In this document: piece after piece, positions 41,590 through 54,272 of the stretch | How the letters are laid out: each line of letters begins with the position of its first letter | Position numbering within the stretch: the first letter of the stretch is position 1 | Source of the DNA: Octopus sinensis | Taxonomy: Eukaryota | DNA length: 64,000 nt | Assembly (NCBI RefSeq): GCF_006345805.1 | Contig: NC_042997.1 | Location: forward strand, 1,054,001 to 1,118,000 | Reading direction: 5' to 3' | Notes under the pieces: model-generated | Database searches by the model: none | Told to the model about the DNA's origin: nothing | What the model saw: the letters and a program-made list of their open reading frames with translations, nothing else | Translations under genes and position numbers: made by a program

Positions 41590-42115
41590 CAGGGTACGAT
41601 GGGTAAATTGTCATCACTTTATATTTTTAATTTCGCGCATGCGCTTTGCATTTGATTTTGTCGACTACACAGTATGGCGGGGTTAGTTGGGCTACGTACA
41701 TGAAAGAAACAGCACCATGATGCACTTCAGTCTGCTATATATTTGGAAATGACATATTGTACTGCTTGGTATTTGCGCCGGAATCTACAATACGAACATT
41801 TCAGTGTGTTTAGGTGTTAATCTGAGAATAGTGCAATCTGAGGACAGGTACCGAGAGTGATAAATATCAAAGATCCAGTCAACATCATGGTGTTTGGAGT
41901 GATCCCTAGTGATAGCGACCTTATGCCTGGAGGAGGTAATGCTGCCCTAGGAAGTGGGTGGCTTCTCGAAGACTCTGCACCATGCCACACAAGCAAGGGA
42001 ACCCTATTATGGCTGTCATACAATTTATGCGACCACATCACACCTAACATCTAGCCACCTGACAGCCCAGACTGCAACCTCCTTGATTATTTTGAGTGGG
42101 CACAGTTGAATGAGA
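41590..42115 (+). mobile_element. Internally deleted maT (DD37D-type) Tc1/mariner remnant
   Basis: TA-cagggt terminus; PVNIMVFGVI.SD; DSAPCHTSK; (W)PPDSPDCNLLDY. Confidence 0.75.
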
Positions 42116-42517
42116 ATCTAAGAAAACGCTTTGAGAAAGGGAGAGAAAGAAGGTGAGAGAGAGGGTGAGGGAGATAATATGAAGGAGCTTTCGTCAATTG
42201 ACGAAAAGTTATAGGTATATGCTATGAGTCTTCAGGTTGGATTACTACTGAAACTCCAGCTTGATTTACGACTGAAAATGTAGTACTGAAATTGCCTATC
42301 AAAGGTGGCTACAGTTGGTTTCTTCTTCTGTGGGTAGATATTGATTAAAATAGAAAACGAAAAATCAAACATGTGCTATCACTCGGAAAACATTTATTTT
42401 AAATAGAAAATACATAGTTAGTGCAGAATTATCTATTTAAATTAGATATATTTCGACTAATATCAAAGGCGTTAGCATTTCATTTTCTGCTTTAATCCCA
42501 CTTTTGTTCACTTTCTG

Positions 42518-42594
<77 letters not shown>

Positions 42595-42902
42595 CATATA
42601 TCTATGAATATATATGTAATGAAACTTAGAGTTTCGGGTGACGAGGCTGAAATCTGCTCCAGCATCTCATTAGTTATTAAGACAAACATAAATGCTATGG
42701 AAAAAAAAAAAACGTTGAATAAAGGGCAATTACTCCAATAGGTGTGAGGAAAGTAAAACTTCGTACGTAGAATCTGCATATGCACACATGTACTCGCACG
42801 CACAAACACACAGGTGTATATATATATATATATATACTAATACAATTGTTCGTTTGTTTTCCACCTGCCTTCGTCTTTTGTTTATTTTCATAAAGCTTCC
42901 CG

Positions 42903-42938
<36 letters not shown>

Positions 42939-43270
42939 CACGCATACACTCTCATACACACGTATACATACACATGCACGCATCATTATGCACGTATACA
43001 CTTCTCTATACGCACATGTACATATATGCGGATAGCTGTATATACAAATAAAAACACATACACAAAAATATAAACTGTAAAACATTCACATTCGCCGCAA
43101 CACTTGAATATACATACCCGTTATATATGTATGTATACAAATGCACCCGTCTGTCTGTGAACCACATCTACATCTGCATATATATAAAGGTGTTTACATA
43201 CATATATGCATGATTGAAGGCGGCAAGGACAACAGGTAGAGTTTTACACTCGTACATACACAATTATTCA

Positions 43271-43492
43271 AGGCGGCGAGCTGGCAGACACGTTAGCGCG
43301 CCGGGCGAAATGCTGAGCGGTATTTCGTCTGTCGTCACGTTGTGAGTTCAAATTCCGCCGAGGTCGAGTTTGCCATTCATCCTTTCGGGGTCGATAGATA
43401 AAATACCAGTTTCGCACTGGGGTCGATGTAATCGAATTTATCCCTTTGTTTGTCCCCTCTATGTTTAGCCGCTTGTGGGCAATAAAGAAATA
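43271..43492 (+). mobile_element. tRNA-derived SINE
   Basis: aggcggcgagctggcaga..gagttcaaattccgccgaggtcga..ggggtcgat; B-box-like gagttcaaattc. Confidence 0.8.
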
Positions 43493-44029
43493 TATATACA
43501 ATCATTCGTACACGTATATATGCACGCACATACACATTGGATATATATATTACACGTGTATTTACTACACACAATTATGTTTATATATGTATAGAGCTAT
43601 AGATATGTGTGTGTGTTTGTATGTTTATGTACAAGCGTGTGTACAAGCGTGTACAAGCGTGTGTGAGTATAGTATCTTTCTGCCAAACACTATTAACACA
43701 GTCTTCTTCCGTAGTTCTTGTGTTTAAAAACAATTTTTGCAGGGAACGGTTATCGAGTAGAGAAACTAAAGAGATGTCTAGTTCACACTAAATATGAAAC
43801 CAACGGTTTTTTTTTCTAACTTATTACGTTACACATACAAAAATAAACAACTGCTCTATATTTTATAGGGTATGCTTTTCTCCTGATTTATGATATTGTA
43901 ACAAGGATTCTTCAGTCCCCGGTCCCAATGTGTATGGGAACAGACCGCTACCAGGTCCGTTCCTCACAACTCCACCGCCGGTTGGGCGCTCTACATAATA
44001 ACGAATTATCTGTAATACTCTCCGCATTA

Positions 44030-44340
44030 ATAGATTTACACAACATTAGATATTCCTTGAACAATATTTCTACACCATCAAATGAACTACACAAAAGAAT
44101 GCCGCTTCGAAAAATTATTGATGTTATAAGACGCATGAGGTTGAAAGCTTTTTGCTTCGACCAAGCTGCACCACACTCGGACAAAGACCACTTTAACATA
44201 GGGTCTAGATGATTCCCACCCAAGATCAAAGAAATCGAAGCTTTCGAAGCAGAGCTGCTGGGTATAATACCAAACTTTAAGTATTGTAAGTCCCCATCTA
44301 CCTTTCAAAATATACTTAGATCTGATATACACCTTCTTAA
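44030..44340 (+). mobile_element. Penelope ORF N-terminal fragment
   Basis: YSLNNISTPSNE...IRRMRLKAF...EIEAFEAELL...FQNILRSDI, the N-terminal domain of Poseidon-type PLEs. Confidence 0.7.
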
Positions 44341-44529
44341 GAATTCAGATAGAACCCTACTATTTTCAGATAGGACAAATAACTTTTATAAGATATAGAT
44401 TATAGCAGTGATTGAGACTGTTTTTTATGAATTCTTGGGAATATCTTGAGTGTATGATTTTTAATATTTGCGTGTGTGTTTATGTTATTCTAATGCCGTG
44501 GTGGATATGTCGTTCGTTGTAGATGCTTT

Positions 44530-44755
44530 CTAAAAGGGTCTGTATTTTGTAATAAAGAGAGTCTCTATTAATTTGTTGGCTACAAGTTGTATCGTCCCTG
44601 AATTATCGTTATTGGCGCAAATGTCCATGTGTCGGCTGAATGCTATTTTTCTGTTTTGGAGGATTTTGATCTGGGATCTGTGCAGAGCCATCCTTTTACT
44701 TAAACTGTTTTTGTTTTTTGTTTGGCCTATGTATTGCTCTTGATACACAGAGCAG
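44530..44755 (-). mobile_element. GIY-YIG endonuclease fragment of another PLE family
   Basis: LTCSVYQEQYIGQT..SLSKRMALHRSQI...ETLFITKYRP; cut off by a SINE. Confidence 0.72.
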
Positions 44756-45114
44756 GTTAGTGCAGCACCACCTTTAGTCGAATGAATCAACTGCAGGACT
44801 TATTCTGTTTCTTTTACCGAATCGCTAATTTACGGGGACATAAGCACACCGATATCAGTTTTCCTGCGATGGTAGGGAGACAAAAACAAGCACAAACATA
44901 TACATAGACATACATATATATATATAAATATATATATAAATATATATATGTATATGTACGACGGCTTCTTTCAGTTTCCGTCTATCAAATCCACTCACAA
45001 GGGTTTGGTCACACGAGGCTATAATAAGAGACACTTGCCCAAGGTGCCACGCAGTGGAACTGAACCCGGAACCATGTGGTTGGGAAGCAAGCTTCTTTCC
45101 ATACAGCCACGCCT
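44755..45114 (-). mobile_element. tRNA-derived SINE (head 44957-45114 plus 3' segment)
   Basis: Same family as 29176-29341 and 41373-41585. Confidence 0.82.
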
Positions 45115-45327
45115 ATATATATACACACTCACACACACAGATATATATATATATATATATATTAATATATATATATATATATATTATATATAGAGGGCAT
45201 TATACATACATGCCAGGAGGCATTGTATATACATGCCAACGCTAAGAGGGACAATCAGTCATTTCTACCAAAAATATTACTAATCCCACCGAATGCAATT
45301 TTTCAAAGTAAGACATTTAAAAATATA

Positions 45328-45373
45328 GGCCTGTATCACAGTGATTTCATACTTACGTAATCATCAGCAGGCC
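45328..45373 (-). ncRNA. Type-I hammerhead ribozyme (AUA), dimer unit 1
   Basis: ggccug-CUGAUGA-u uac GUAA gua u-GAAA-ucac u guga-UA|caggcc. Confidence 0.82.
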
Positions 45374-45673
45374 TGAATGTACTATAAATAAACAACGACC
45401 CTGCCTCGCTTAAGCCGATCAGCTAACTGATCAACATCAACGAAGCACATGGGTGAGTTTATATATATTACATCCGGGTAAATGGTAAACTTTTACGAAT
45501 TGCATTTCGGGAGAGGAAAAGTTTTTCGGAATAAAAATTTAGCAATTAAGGACAACTACTTAATAAGGAAAACTTAACAAGAAATTGTCAGGTAGATAGC
45601 GTATTACGCTATCTACCTGACAATTTCTTGTTAAGTTTTCCTTATTAAGTAGTTGTCCTTAATTGCTATATAT

Positions 45674-45775
<102 letters not shown>

Positions 45776-45910
45776 GAGGGCATTATACATACATGCCAGG
45801 AGGCATTGTATATACATGCCAACGCTAAGAGGGACAATCAGTCATTTCTACCAAAAATATTACTAATCCCACCGAATGCAATTTTTCAAAGTAAGACATT
45901 TAAAAATATA

Positions 45911-45956
45911 GGCCTGTATCACAGTGATTTCATACTTACGTAATCATCAGCAGGCC
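45911..45956 (-). ncRNA. Type-I hammerhead ribozyme (AUA), dimer unit 2
   Basis: Identical to 45328-45373, shifted by 583 bp. Confidence 0.82.
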
Positions 45957-46257
45957 TGAATGTACTATAAATAAACAACGACCCTGCCTCGCTTAAGCCG
46001 ATCAGCTAACTGATCAACATCAACGAAGCACATGGGTGAGTTTATATATATTACATCCGGGTAAATGGTAAACTTTTACGAATTGCATTTCGGGAGAGGA
46101 AAAGTTTTTCGGAATAAAAATTTAGCAATTAAGGACAACTACTTAATAAGGAAAACTTAACAAGAAATTGTCAGGTAGATAGCGTATTACGCTATCTACC
46201 TGACAATTTCTTGTTAAGTTTTCCTTATTAAGTAGTTGTCCTTAATTGCTAAATATT

Positions 46258-46342
<85 letters not shown>

Positions 46343-46574
46343 ATGTCTGTGTTTATGCGCGCGAGCATGTGTGTGTGTGATCCGTCAAATTTTCGCTTTC
46401 ATTAAAGGAGTAATCTGTGAGATGCAGATTCTGACAATTCCTTCAACTGTTATGGTGGCCATAAATTATTATAATGTATTTATCATAAGAGCGAATTTCA
46501 AGCACGACCCTACATACATTAATACAAAACTAAATAGTAAAACATTTGTGGACAATATATACAGCCTATGTACA

Positions 46575-46651
<77 letters not shown>

Positions 46652-47038
46652 AAGATTAATAATGCAACTCCTACATATAACTGCTCATGCACCTATGACG
46701 TATGATTCGAAGAATCTAGTTAAAATTTTTTAGTGATAAATTTGAAACAAAATCCATACATATTATGTTATCTTACCACAAACAACACAGTTGTACTCAT
46801 CATTAAAAATTAACAGATTTACATTAAATATTAAAAGTGTAGAAATAATGATAGATTTAATATTTCTAAAGAGGATACAAGGCGACCATGAAATATGAAA
46901 AGTCATTAATAATTTAATAGACGTATTTTCACTGCAATGTCTATATATTCATTTATTCATTCAATGCTTCATTCGTTCATTCATTCATTCATTCATTAAT
47001 GCGTTTCTCTCTAATTTTTTTCTCTCTCTGTCGTTCTG

Positions 47039-47117
<79 letters not shown>

Positions 47118-47122
<5 letters not shown>

Positions 47123-47302
47123 ATCCAAACAAGAAAGCACAAAAATAACAACAACGCGAGGACGTGGAACAAATACAGTATTATAGGACGCTCAGAAAGA
47201 ACGTTTCGAGCGGAGCTCTTTTTCGGAAACATAGGAGAAGGAAAGATCCAGAGAAGGGAAGACAGAAGAAAAAAATCGCCAACGGTACACACGCGGTCAC
47301 AT

Positions 47303-47305
<3 letters not shown>
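47118..47305 (-). mobile_element. PLE-type terminus between (TA)n tracts with a decayed hammerhead-like core
   Basis: The minus strand reads ccgaaaa-a-gagc ucc gcuc-GAAACGUU (47200-47227). Same layout as 24345-24389, but the core is broken. Confidence 0.45.
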
Positions 47306-47353
<48 letters not shown>

Positions 47354-48186
47354 ATATATATATACCATAACGAGCAAAACGAGAGAACGATTAATAATGT
47401 TTTTTTTAATTTCGGAAAAGCTAGTACGTGTTTTCTTGAGAAGGTGGCAAGCCCTGTTCTCTCCGAGACACAAAACCATAATGATAGATAAGGTCTTCAT
47501 TTATAGGAGCAGCGTTTTGCCACACGTGACTTAATGCTTGCTCGAAGTTGGTCCTATTGTCGGAGTCGACTTTGGTCATATTTGTGAACTGAGGAGAACC
47601 AAACCTGGCGCCAACTCCTGTGTACTCTTGCTTCCTTTTTATAGGAAGAATAGGGTGTGTTGCATCGCTTCAGGTTGTCTCTTAGTTAGTCTTTGAAACA
47701 CAAGAGTCGCCTTCGAAATGAGCGCTGAAATGTCAGTCGCCTCACTGACCGTCTCGGAGAGGATCCTTTTATAAAAATATTTTGCTAAAACAATATATAC
47801 ATCATAGCTAAGTGAAAGGAGATCGATCTGTGACTACGTGAGTCACAGATTAGCACTTCAACTTTTCGGCTTGTCAATGTCAGGCCCACGAAGTCTTCCC
47901 GTTCAATCTGAAGTAAATAGAAACAGTGATAACGTAAATTACTGACATTAATAAGGTGCCACTAAACTGCATAAAATTCAGTCGTAATTTGCACGTGAGA
48001 GAAATATGAAATTTCGTTCAATAAATAGCCTTTATGAAACAACATTTCTGAAATGGTCACCACTGTATATTTTCAACCTGGATTTCACAGTGACTATGTG
48101 AACCTATAAATCTTTTCAGACAGTAAAAACTCTCGAGGGGTTAAGCACACATTGTTTCTCTTCCTTAATATATATATATATTAATC

Positions 48187-48524
48187 GACTGGCTCCAGTG
48201 CCGGTGACACATAAAAAGCACCATCCGAACGTGGCCGATGCCAGCGCCGCCTTGGCTGGCTTCCGTGCCGGTGGCACGTTAAAAGCACTAACCGATCGTG
48301 GGCGATGCCGGACTCCCCTGGCACCTGTGCAGGTGGCACGTAAAAAGCACCCACTACAGTCGCGGAGTGGTTGGCATTGGGAAGGGCATCCAGCTGTAGA
48401 AACTCTGCCAGATCAGACTGGAGCCTGGTGCAGCCCCTGGCTTCCCAGACCCCGGTCGAACCAGCAAACGCATGCTAGCGCGGAAAACGGACGTTAAATG
48501 ATGATGATGATGATGATGATGATG
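48187..48524 (+). mobile_element. SINE 3' part with three internal gtgccggtggcacgtaaaaagcac-type repeats and an (ATG)n tail
   Basis: Three diverged ~24-nt repeats, the motif ggaagggcatccagctgtagaaac, and a (TGA)n tail. Confidence 0.75.
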
Positions 48525-48619
48525 GTTTTCTCTTTTGTGTTACATTATGGGTCATATTAGTAGTGTTTATGTATGCCAATACATATAAAAAATTTACAGA
48601 CATTCCGCAATGATGTTGC

Positions 48620-49175
48620 ATTCATATATCTCTCGGAAGGCACTTAGAATGGACCCAAAGGACATAGAAACCTATGATTCGGATAGAGCTGGATGGTGAA
48701 CAAAAGTGTGTAGAGGAGTTATAGGTTTTGCGAAGGCCAGGATGACACATGCAAGACTCAACTGAGATTTGAAGGAGAATGCTGGGATCAACGGGAAGTT
48801 GAATCCCAGCGAACTTTTTGTGTGCACAGTCAGTGACAGACCATGTCTTGCTTTTGTTGGGCTTAAATCTCATTTGCGGACGCATGAAAAACGAACCTCC
48901 AACAACTACTCTGCCTATATATCTGTGCACAGCTTTTAATGCCGTATATGATTCAAGGTTTTCAAATCTAGCGGACGCCTCAAAAGACATTTTAAGATCT
49001 ATAACGATCAGAACTTAACTGCAGCTCAAGGTAGACGAAATCAGATATCCAATCTATGTGGGTGTCTCCAATCTATGTGGGTGTCTTTTCAATACATTGT
49101 CTGGTTTAAAAAGCCACATCAGACGCCATGGTGGTTCTAACCATTAAGTGCAAAAGGTGGTTAGTCTCTGAATAA
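48620..49175 (+). mobile_element. RTE-type LINE 3' end with three C2H2 zinc-finger motifs
   Basis: FVCTVSDRPCLAFVGLKSHLRTH; CRI*FKVFKSSGRLKRHFKI; NLCGCLFNTLSGLKSHIRRHG. Ends in (TA)n. Confidence 0.62.
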
Positions 49176-49584
49176 GGCTTGGTATATATATATATATATA
49201 TATATATAGCGAGAGAGAGAGAGAGAGAGAGAGAGATACACACCTATTTAAATGCATGTATACACACAAACATACATAAAATAATATATAAACCTATGAG
49301 TTTTTATATGTATACATGCTTGTTCATGTGTGTATTAGTGTGTGCGATTTGGTATTTGGATATATATTTATGTGCATAAGTGTGTGAATGAATATATAAT
49401 TTTGTTTTTAGTTATGTTGTATTGCATTTATATTGTCCTTTTTTTAAATTTTTAACCTTCGTTTCATTTCCGAATGTTTCTAAACATTATAACAAAAAGT
49501 AAATAGTCCGGTATGTTTTCAATTCACTTCTGCATAAGTATCAACATAATCACTTGTAAGTTAAATGCTCCTACTGACAAGAAG

Positions 49585-49639
<55 letters not shown>

Positions 49640-49819
49640 TATATTATATATTATATATATATATGAGAGAAAAAAATCTATCAGAAAGGAACTCTATCTC
49701 TCTTAAAAAATATCTTTTGATAAGCATAACAAATGCGCAACCGGTAAAAAGAACTTTTACCTAATTAAATACACTCTCCCTTACTTAAATCATTTTGTTA
49801 GCATTTTCTTCATTTCCTT

Positions 49820-49921
<102 letters not shown>

Positions 49922-50573
49922 TAATATATATACACACACATATATAAATATACACACATACACACACACGCACATATATATCAAATCAGTTTAACTCCAG
50001 TAAACAAACATTTTCTCCATCATCATCAGGAAAGATATCATTTCGATTTTCCTAGTAAAATTTTTTATATATCATATTCAAACGAACAAACGAAAATGAT
50101 GAAGGTCCTTAAAAACGTCAAACCTCGATCTTATTAAGACATTTATGACGTCGAAAAAGAGTGTGATATATTAGGATATAAACATCATAAAAAAAAGAAA
50201 AAACAGTAAGTGTTAGAAAATCGAAAAAAAAAACATTAGGAAAAATGCCAAAAAATTATTCATAAAATGCTTAGGTATGTAAATGAAGAACATTATTAGA
50301 TAAAGCACCTTTGCTGATTCTATAGATCAACATACGTATCATTGACATAAATAGTTTCCGCATGCCTGGGCATGTCGTTTACATCATTTAAATCCTAATA
50401 TTTGTTCATGTTGTAGAAATTAGGTGGAAGTATAACGATATTACTAGAGTCATAGTAGAAGTTAATCTAATTCTTGGTCGAAATCCTTGTTATGGCTTAA
50501 GCGATATTTGCATGTGTTTGAAATACCTATAATGTATTTGCATAAGCTAAAACACAACGTTTTAAATAGAGAA

Positions 50574-50880
50574 GGAGCACTCCGTCGGTTACGCCGACGA
50601 GGCTCCAAGCTGATAGAATCAACGGAACAGCTTGCTCGTGATATTAACGTGCAAGTGGCTGAGCACTCCACATTTCACGTAGTTCTCAGGGAAATTAAGC
50701 GTGGCACAGAGTGTGACAAGTCTGGCCCTTTGAAATACAGGTAGTACTTACTTTTGCCAATTGAGTGAACTGGAGTCACGTGAAATTAAGTGTCTTGCTC
50801 AAGGACACAACGCGTCGCTGAAAATTGGGCACACGACCTTGCGATCGTGAGCTGAATACCCTAACTACAAATGCACGCGC
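50574..50880 (-). mobile_element. tRNA-derived SINE, partial
   Basis: ggagcactccgtcggttacg..aacggaacagc..tgcaagtggctgagcactcc..cttgctcaaggacacaacg. The latter motif is shared with 58170-58430. Confidence 0.72.
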
Positions 50881-51805
50881 TTTTATTTTAAATATAAATA
50901 TTGTTTGTAATATATACAAGGTATATAGTGTTTACTCAATTATATTTTGTATCGTATGTCAGCAAAGTATATGTTCCGTGGTATAAAAAGGTAAATGATT
51001 TCTATATTATATTGTAAGTTTAGAAATCAGTTATCAGTTGTTTATTAAACGTGTTGAAGTTATATATCAGTAAGATGTATTAGTTGATTACGACATTATA
51101 AGGTAATAGGATTTATAATTTGACGAAGTGTCAAAGTACTACAAGTTACCTGAAATTCTGAATAACTGCTTCCTTAGTATTCTGTAAAGCAAGAAGAAGG
51201 AGGGAAGTCGGATGGACCAAGGTTAAAATATTTACAGTACATTATTATAAAATATCATATTATCATACAGGATGGTCGTAGCGATTGCATAGTAGAAGTT
51301 AATCTATTTCTTGGTCGAAATCCTTGTTATGGCTTAAGCGATATTGATAGAATCAACGGAACAGCTTGCTCGTGATATTAACGTGCAAGTGGCTGAGAAC
51401 TCCACATGTGCTTTCTAACTAGGAACAAACAAGGGATTGTCAAAAGAGGGCATTCGCTGATATCATCGATGACTGTACTTAACTCTTACTTTTTATTTTA
51501 TCAAACTTCGAAGAGTGAAAGATAATGTTAAACTTCAGAGGGATTTGAACTCAGAACGCAGTGAACCGGGATAAATATTACGTGGCATTTTACAAACTTT
51601 CTTTAAACTTTCAAACTTTCTTTAAAACAAGCTCATTTGTAATGATTTCGTTCTACTATATTTTCCTGTTTCTGTTTTTTTCTTATTTCCTTTAGACTCT
51701 ATTATGTTTGTGAATGACCCTTCACATAGCAATCTTTAAGAAACATTTACAGATAAAAATCTTACTGTTATTCCACAATAGTTTTATCAGTTTAAGATAT
51801 ATTAT

Positions 51806-52197
51806 ACTAGCAGTATCTCCCGGCGTTGCTCGGGTTTGTAAGGGAAATAACTATAAGGCATTTTAGAGAGTTATAGCAAAAAAAACAGCAACAAATGCAT
51901 TAAAAATGGAAAAAAAAATTATGGTAAATTTTTTTTTAAATCGTTGACTCATCGTAGACATTTTTAGGGAGTTACTTCCCTTTATTTAAAAAAATATGCT
52001 TTAAAATGGAAAAAAATTATGGTAAATTATTTTTAAAATCGTAGACTCATTGTAGACGCGCGCTAATACCCAGAAGGGCTCGATATGAATCACTATACCC
52101 GGTTTTGGTTAAACTGCACCGCAAAATCTGAGAGTAGTTAGGAATCTAAATCGTAGGAGACAGACACTCACACAACTTCACTTTTATATATATAGAT
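51806..52197 (+). mobile_element. Helentron-type non-autonomous element (DINE/HINE-like)
   Basis: Starts actagcagtatctcccggcgttgctcggg (subterminal hairpin), has an internal ~55-bp duplication, and ends ttttatatatatagat. Confidence 0.6.
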
Positions 52198-53304
52198 TTC
52201 ATTCTTTGTTATTATGCAGTGTTCCCGATATAATCGACTGGCCCCCTCCCCCAAAATCTCGGGCCGTGTACTAAGAGTAGAAATGATTATGCAGTACTCG
52301 ATAAGTGATTGGGATTCATCTTTGTATGAATTGTGCGCTGTTCCTCGGATTTATCTCACTATCCTTTAATTATCAATTAACTCACCATTTTGTACCCATT
52401 GATTCTTTCATCATATCTTGTGTAATATTTATCTTAATTTCAATAGTAATAAATTTTCACGCATTCAGTTTAGATTTCAGAATCCTACTGCGGATCTTTA
52501 CGGTTTGAACAGCAGCTTTTAAAAATAATTTCCACGTAACTAAACACTTTTAAACTTCGTATACTAGTAGAATGTGTTTATAAAACCTCTTTTTCTCTTG
52601 GCTTTATTGAGAAAATTCTATAGTTTGTAAGATAATTGTTGTTGTTTTTTTCTTCAATTTCTGCAATTTCAACCAATCAATGAGTCTATTGACGTGAAAA
52701 CATTCTGTGCCGTATGAATATGTACGTCGCTTAAGAATCAGATTGGGTTTATTTACATTTCTGAAGAAAAAAATATACCCTTCCCCTCACCCCTAACCCT
52801 AAACCTAAAACAGATTGAAATGCAATAGATCGATACTAGGGTCATAATTATGGGTGACAATTTCATATGACATCGCTAGAAAAAAATGCTGTTCAAACCG
52901 AAAAGATCTCCTACTTCTACCAATATATATTCCACTAAAGTATACATTCACGTCTTTAATTTTGATTATATCGTTGTCCAGCATTATAAGATATTTATTT
53001 ATACGATAATTCAATTAATGATTTGAAATTCGCACTATAATTTTCCTAGATTTGCCTTCAGAAATTCTCCCTATAATGTTGCTAGATTTGCTTTCAACAA
53101 AACTTCATCGTACCCAAAAAGATGGAATATTGGACGTAATATGAAAATGTAACAATGGTACTACTATAGAAGCTAATAAATTCAGTAGCGAAGTTTGCCT
53201 TAGATTGTAATTTTCGTAGTGATGTAAATTTTAAGTAAATAAAGATAACAACGATAATATATTCAATGAAGGTGACAATAGTATGAATGTTTCATACATA
53301 AATG

Positions 53305-53335
<31 letters not shown>

Positions 53336-53349
53336 GTAGGTATATATAT

Positions 53350-53400
<51 letters not shown>

Positions 53401-53526
53401 TATATATTATATATACATATACATATATACACTCATACATACATAATTAAGATTCAGTTGAATTAGGTATCTAAGTTGAAGCACCAAGTCAGTCAGGTAT
53501 TACCGCACAGTTCGAAGTAAGGGGAA

Positions 53527-54272
53527 TAAAATCAAAATAAACAACAGGATAGCAAGTAGTAATGCAGTACGACCGTTTCAAGCGACTCCATGTAATTGAA
53601 CAAAGTAACCATTACATCAATCTAAATACAGTACTATCTTCAGCTGTACAAATTATAGAATTTTTTTTTAACAGGAAGGACGCATTGATATAATTTTTGT
53701 TAAATATTTTAACAGAGTAAAGAGATAGAAGAAATTCATGTAGTCGCTATTGTGGCAAAGCGGTTAAGAATATACTGCAATCTCGTAGAATCGCATGGAG
53801 CATAGTAGGATGGTAAGTGTGTGTGTTTATCCATCTCTTTATCATGTATTAAATCTGAAACTAGAAGACTGTGTCCATTTTGAATAAAGAACGAGAGTGA
53901 ATTGCCAGTTCGTGGTTAGGTATGCTCATAAATACTATCATAGGTATCACTTTTACCCCAAGAGAAAGGAAAAAAGTGTGAAATGAATTACAACCCTTAC
54001 AACCCTATGACCCTACTATGCTCCATGCAATTTAAAAAGCCACTCTGTTACAATAGCAACAACATGAATTCTATCTTTTTACTCTGTGAAAATATTCACG
54101 AAAAATTATATTAATGTGTCCTAATTATTAAACAAACATTCTATATTTTGGACAGTTGACGGCAGCACTGTATTTAAATTGATGTAATGATTGCTTTGTT
54201 CAATTAAATGGAGCCGCTTGAAACGGTCGCACTGCATTACCACTTGATATCCTGTTGCTTATTTTGATTTTA
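53527..54272. repeat. Old foldback with about 270-bp diverged arms
   Basis: 53527-53809 is reverse-complementary (about 80% by eye) to 54012-54272. Confidence 0.85.

Noticed and set aside
48187-48350. Three ~24-nt repeats with spacers resembling a CRISPR array
   Set aside because: The repeats are internal to a eukaryotic SINE, the spacers resemble each other, and there are no cas genes.
52785-52808. ccctaaccctaaacctaa telomere-like motif
   Set aside because: Only 2-3 imperfect units inside an interspersed repeat; not a telomeric array.
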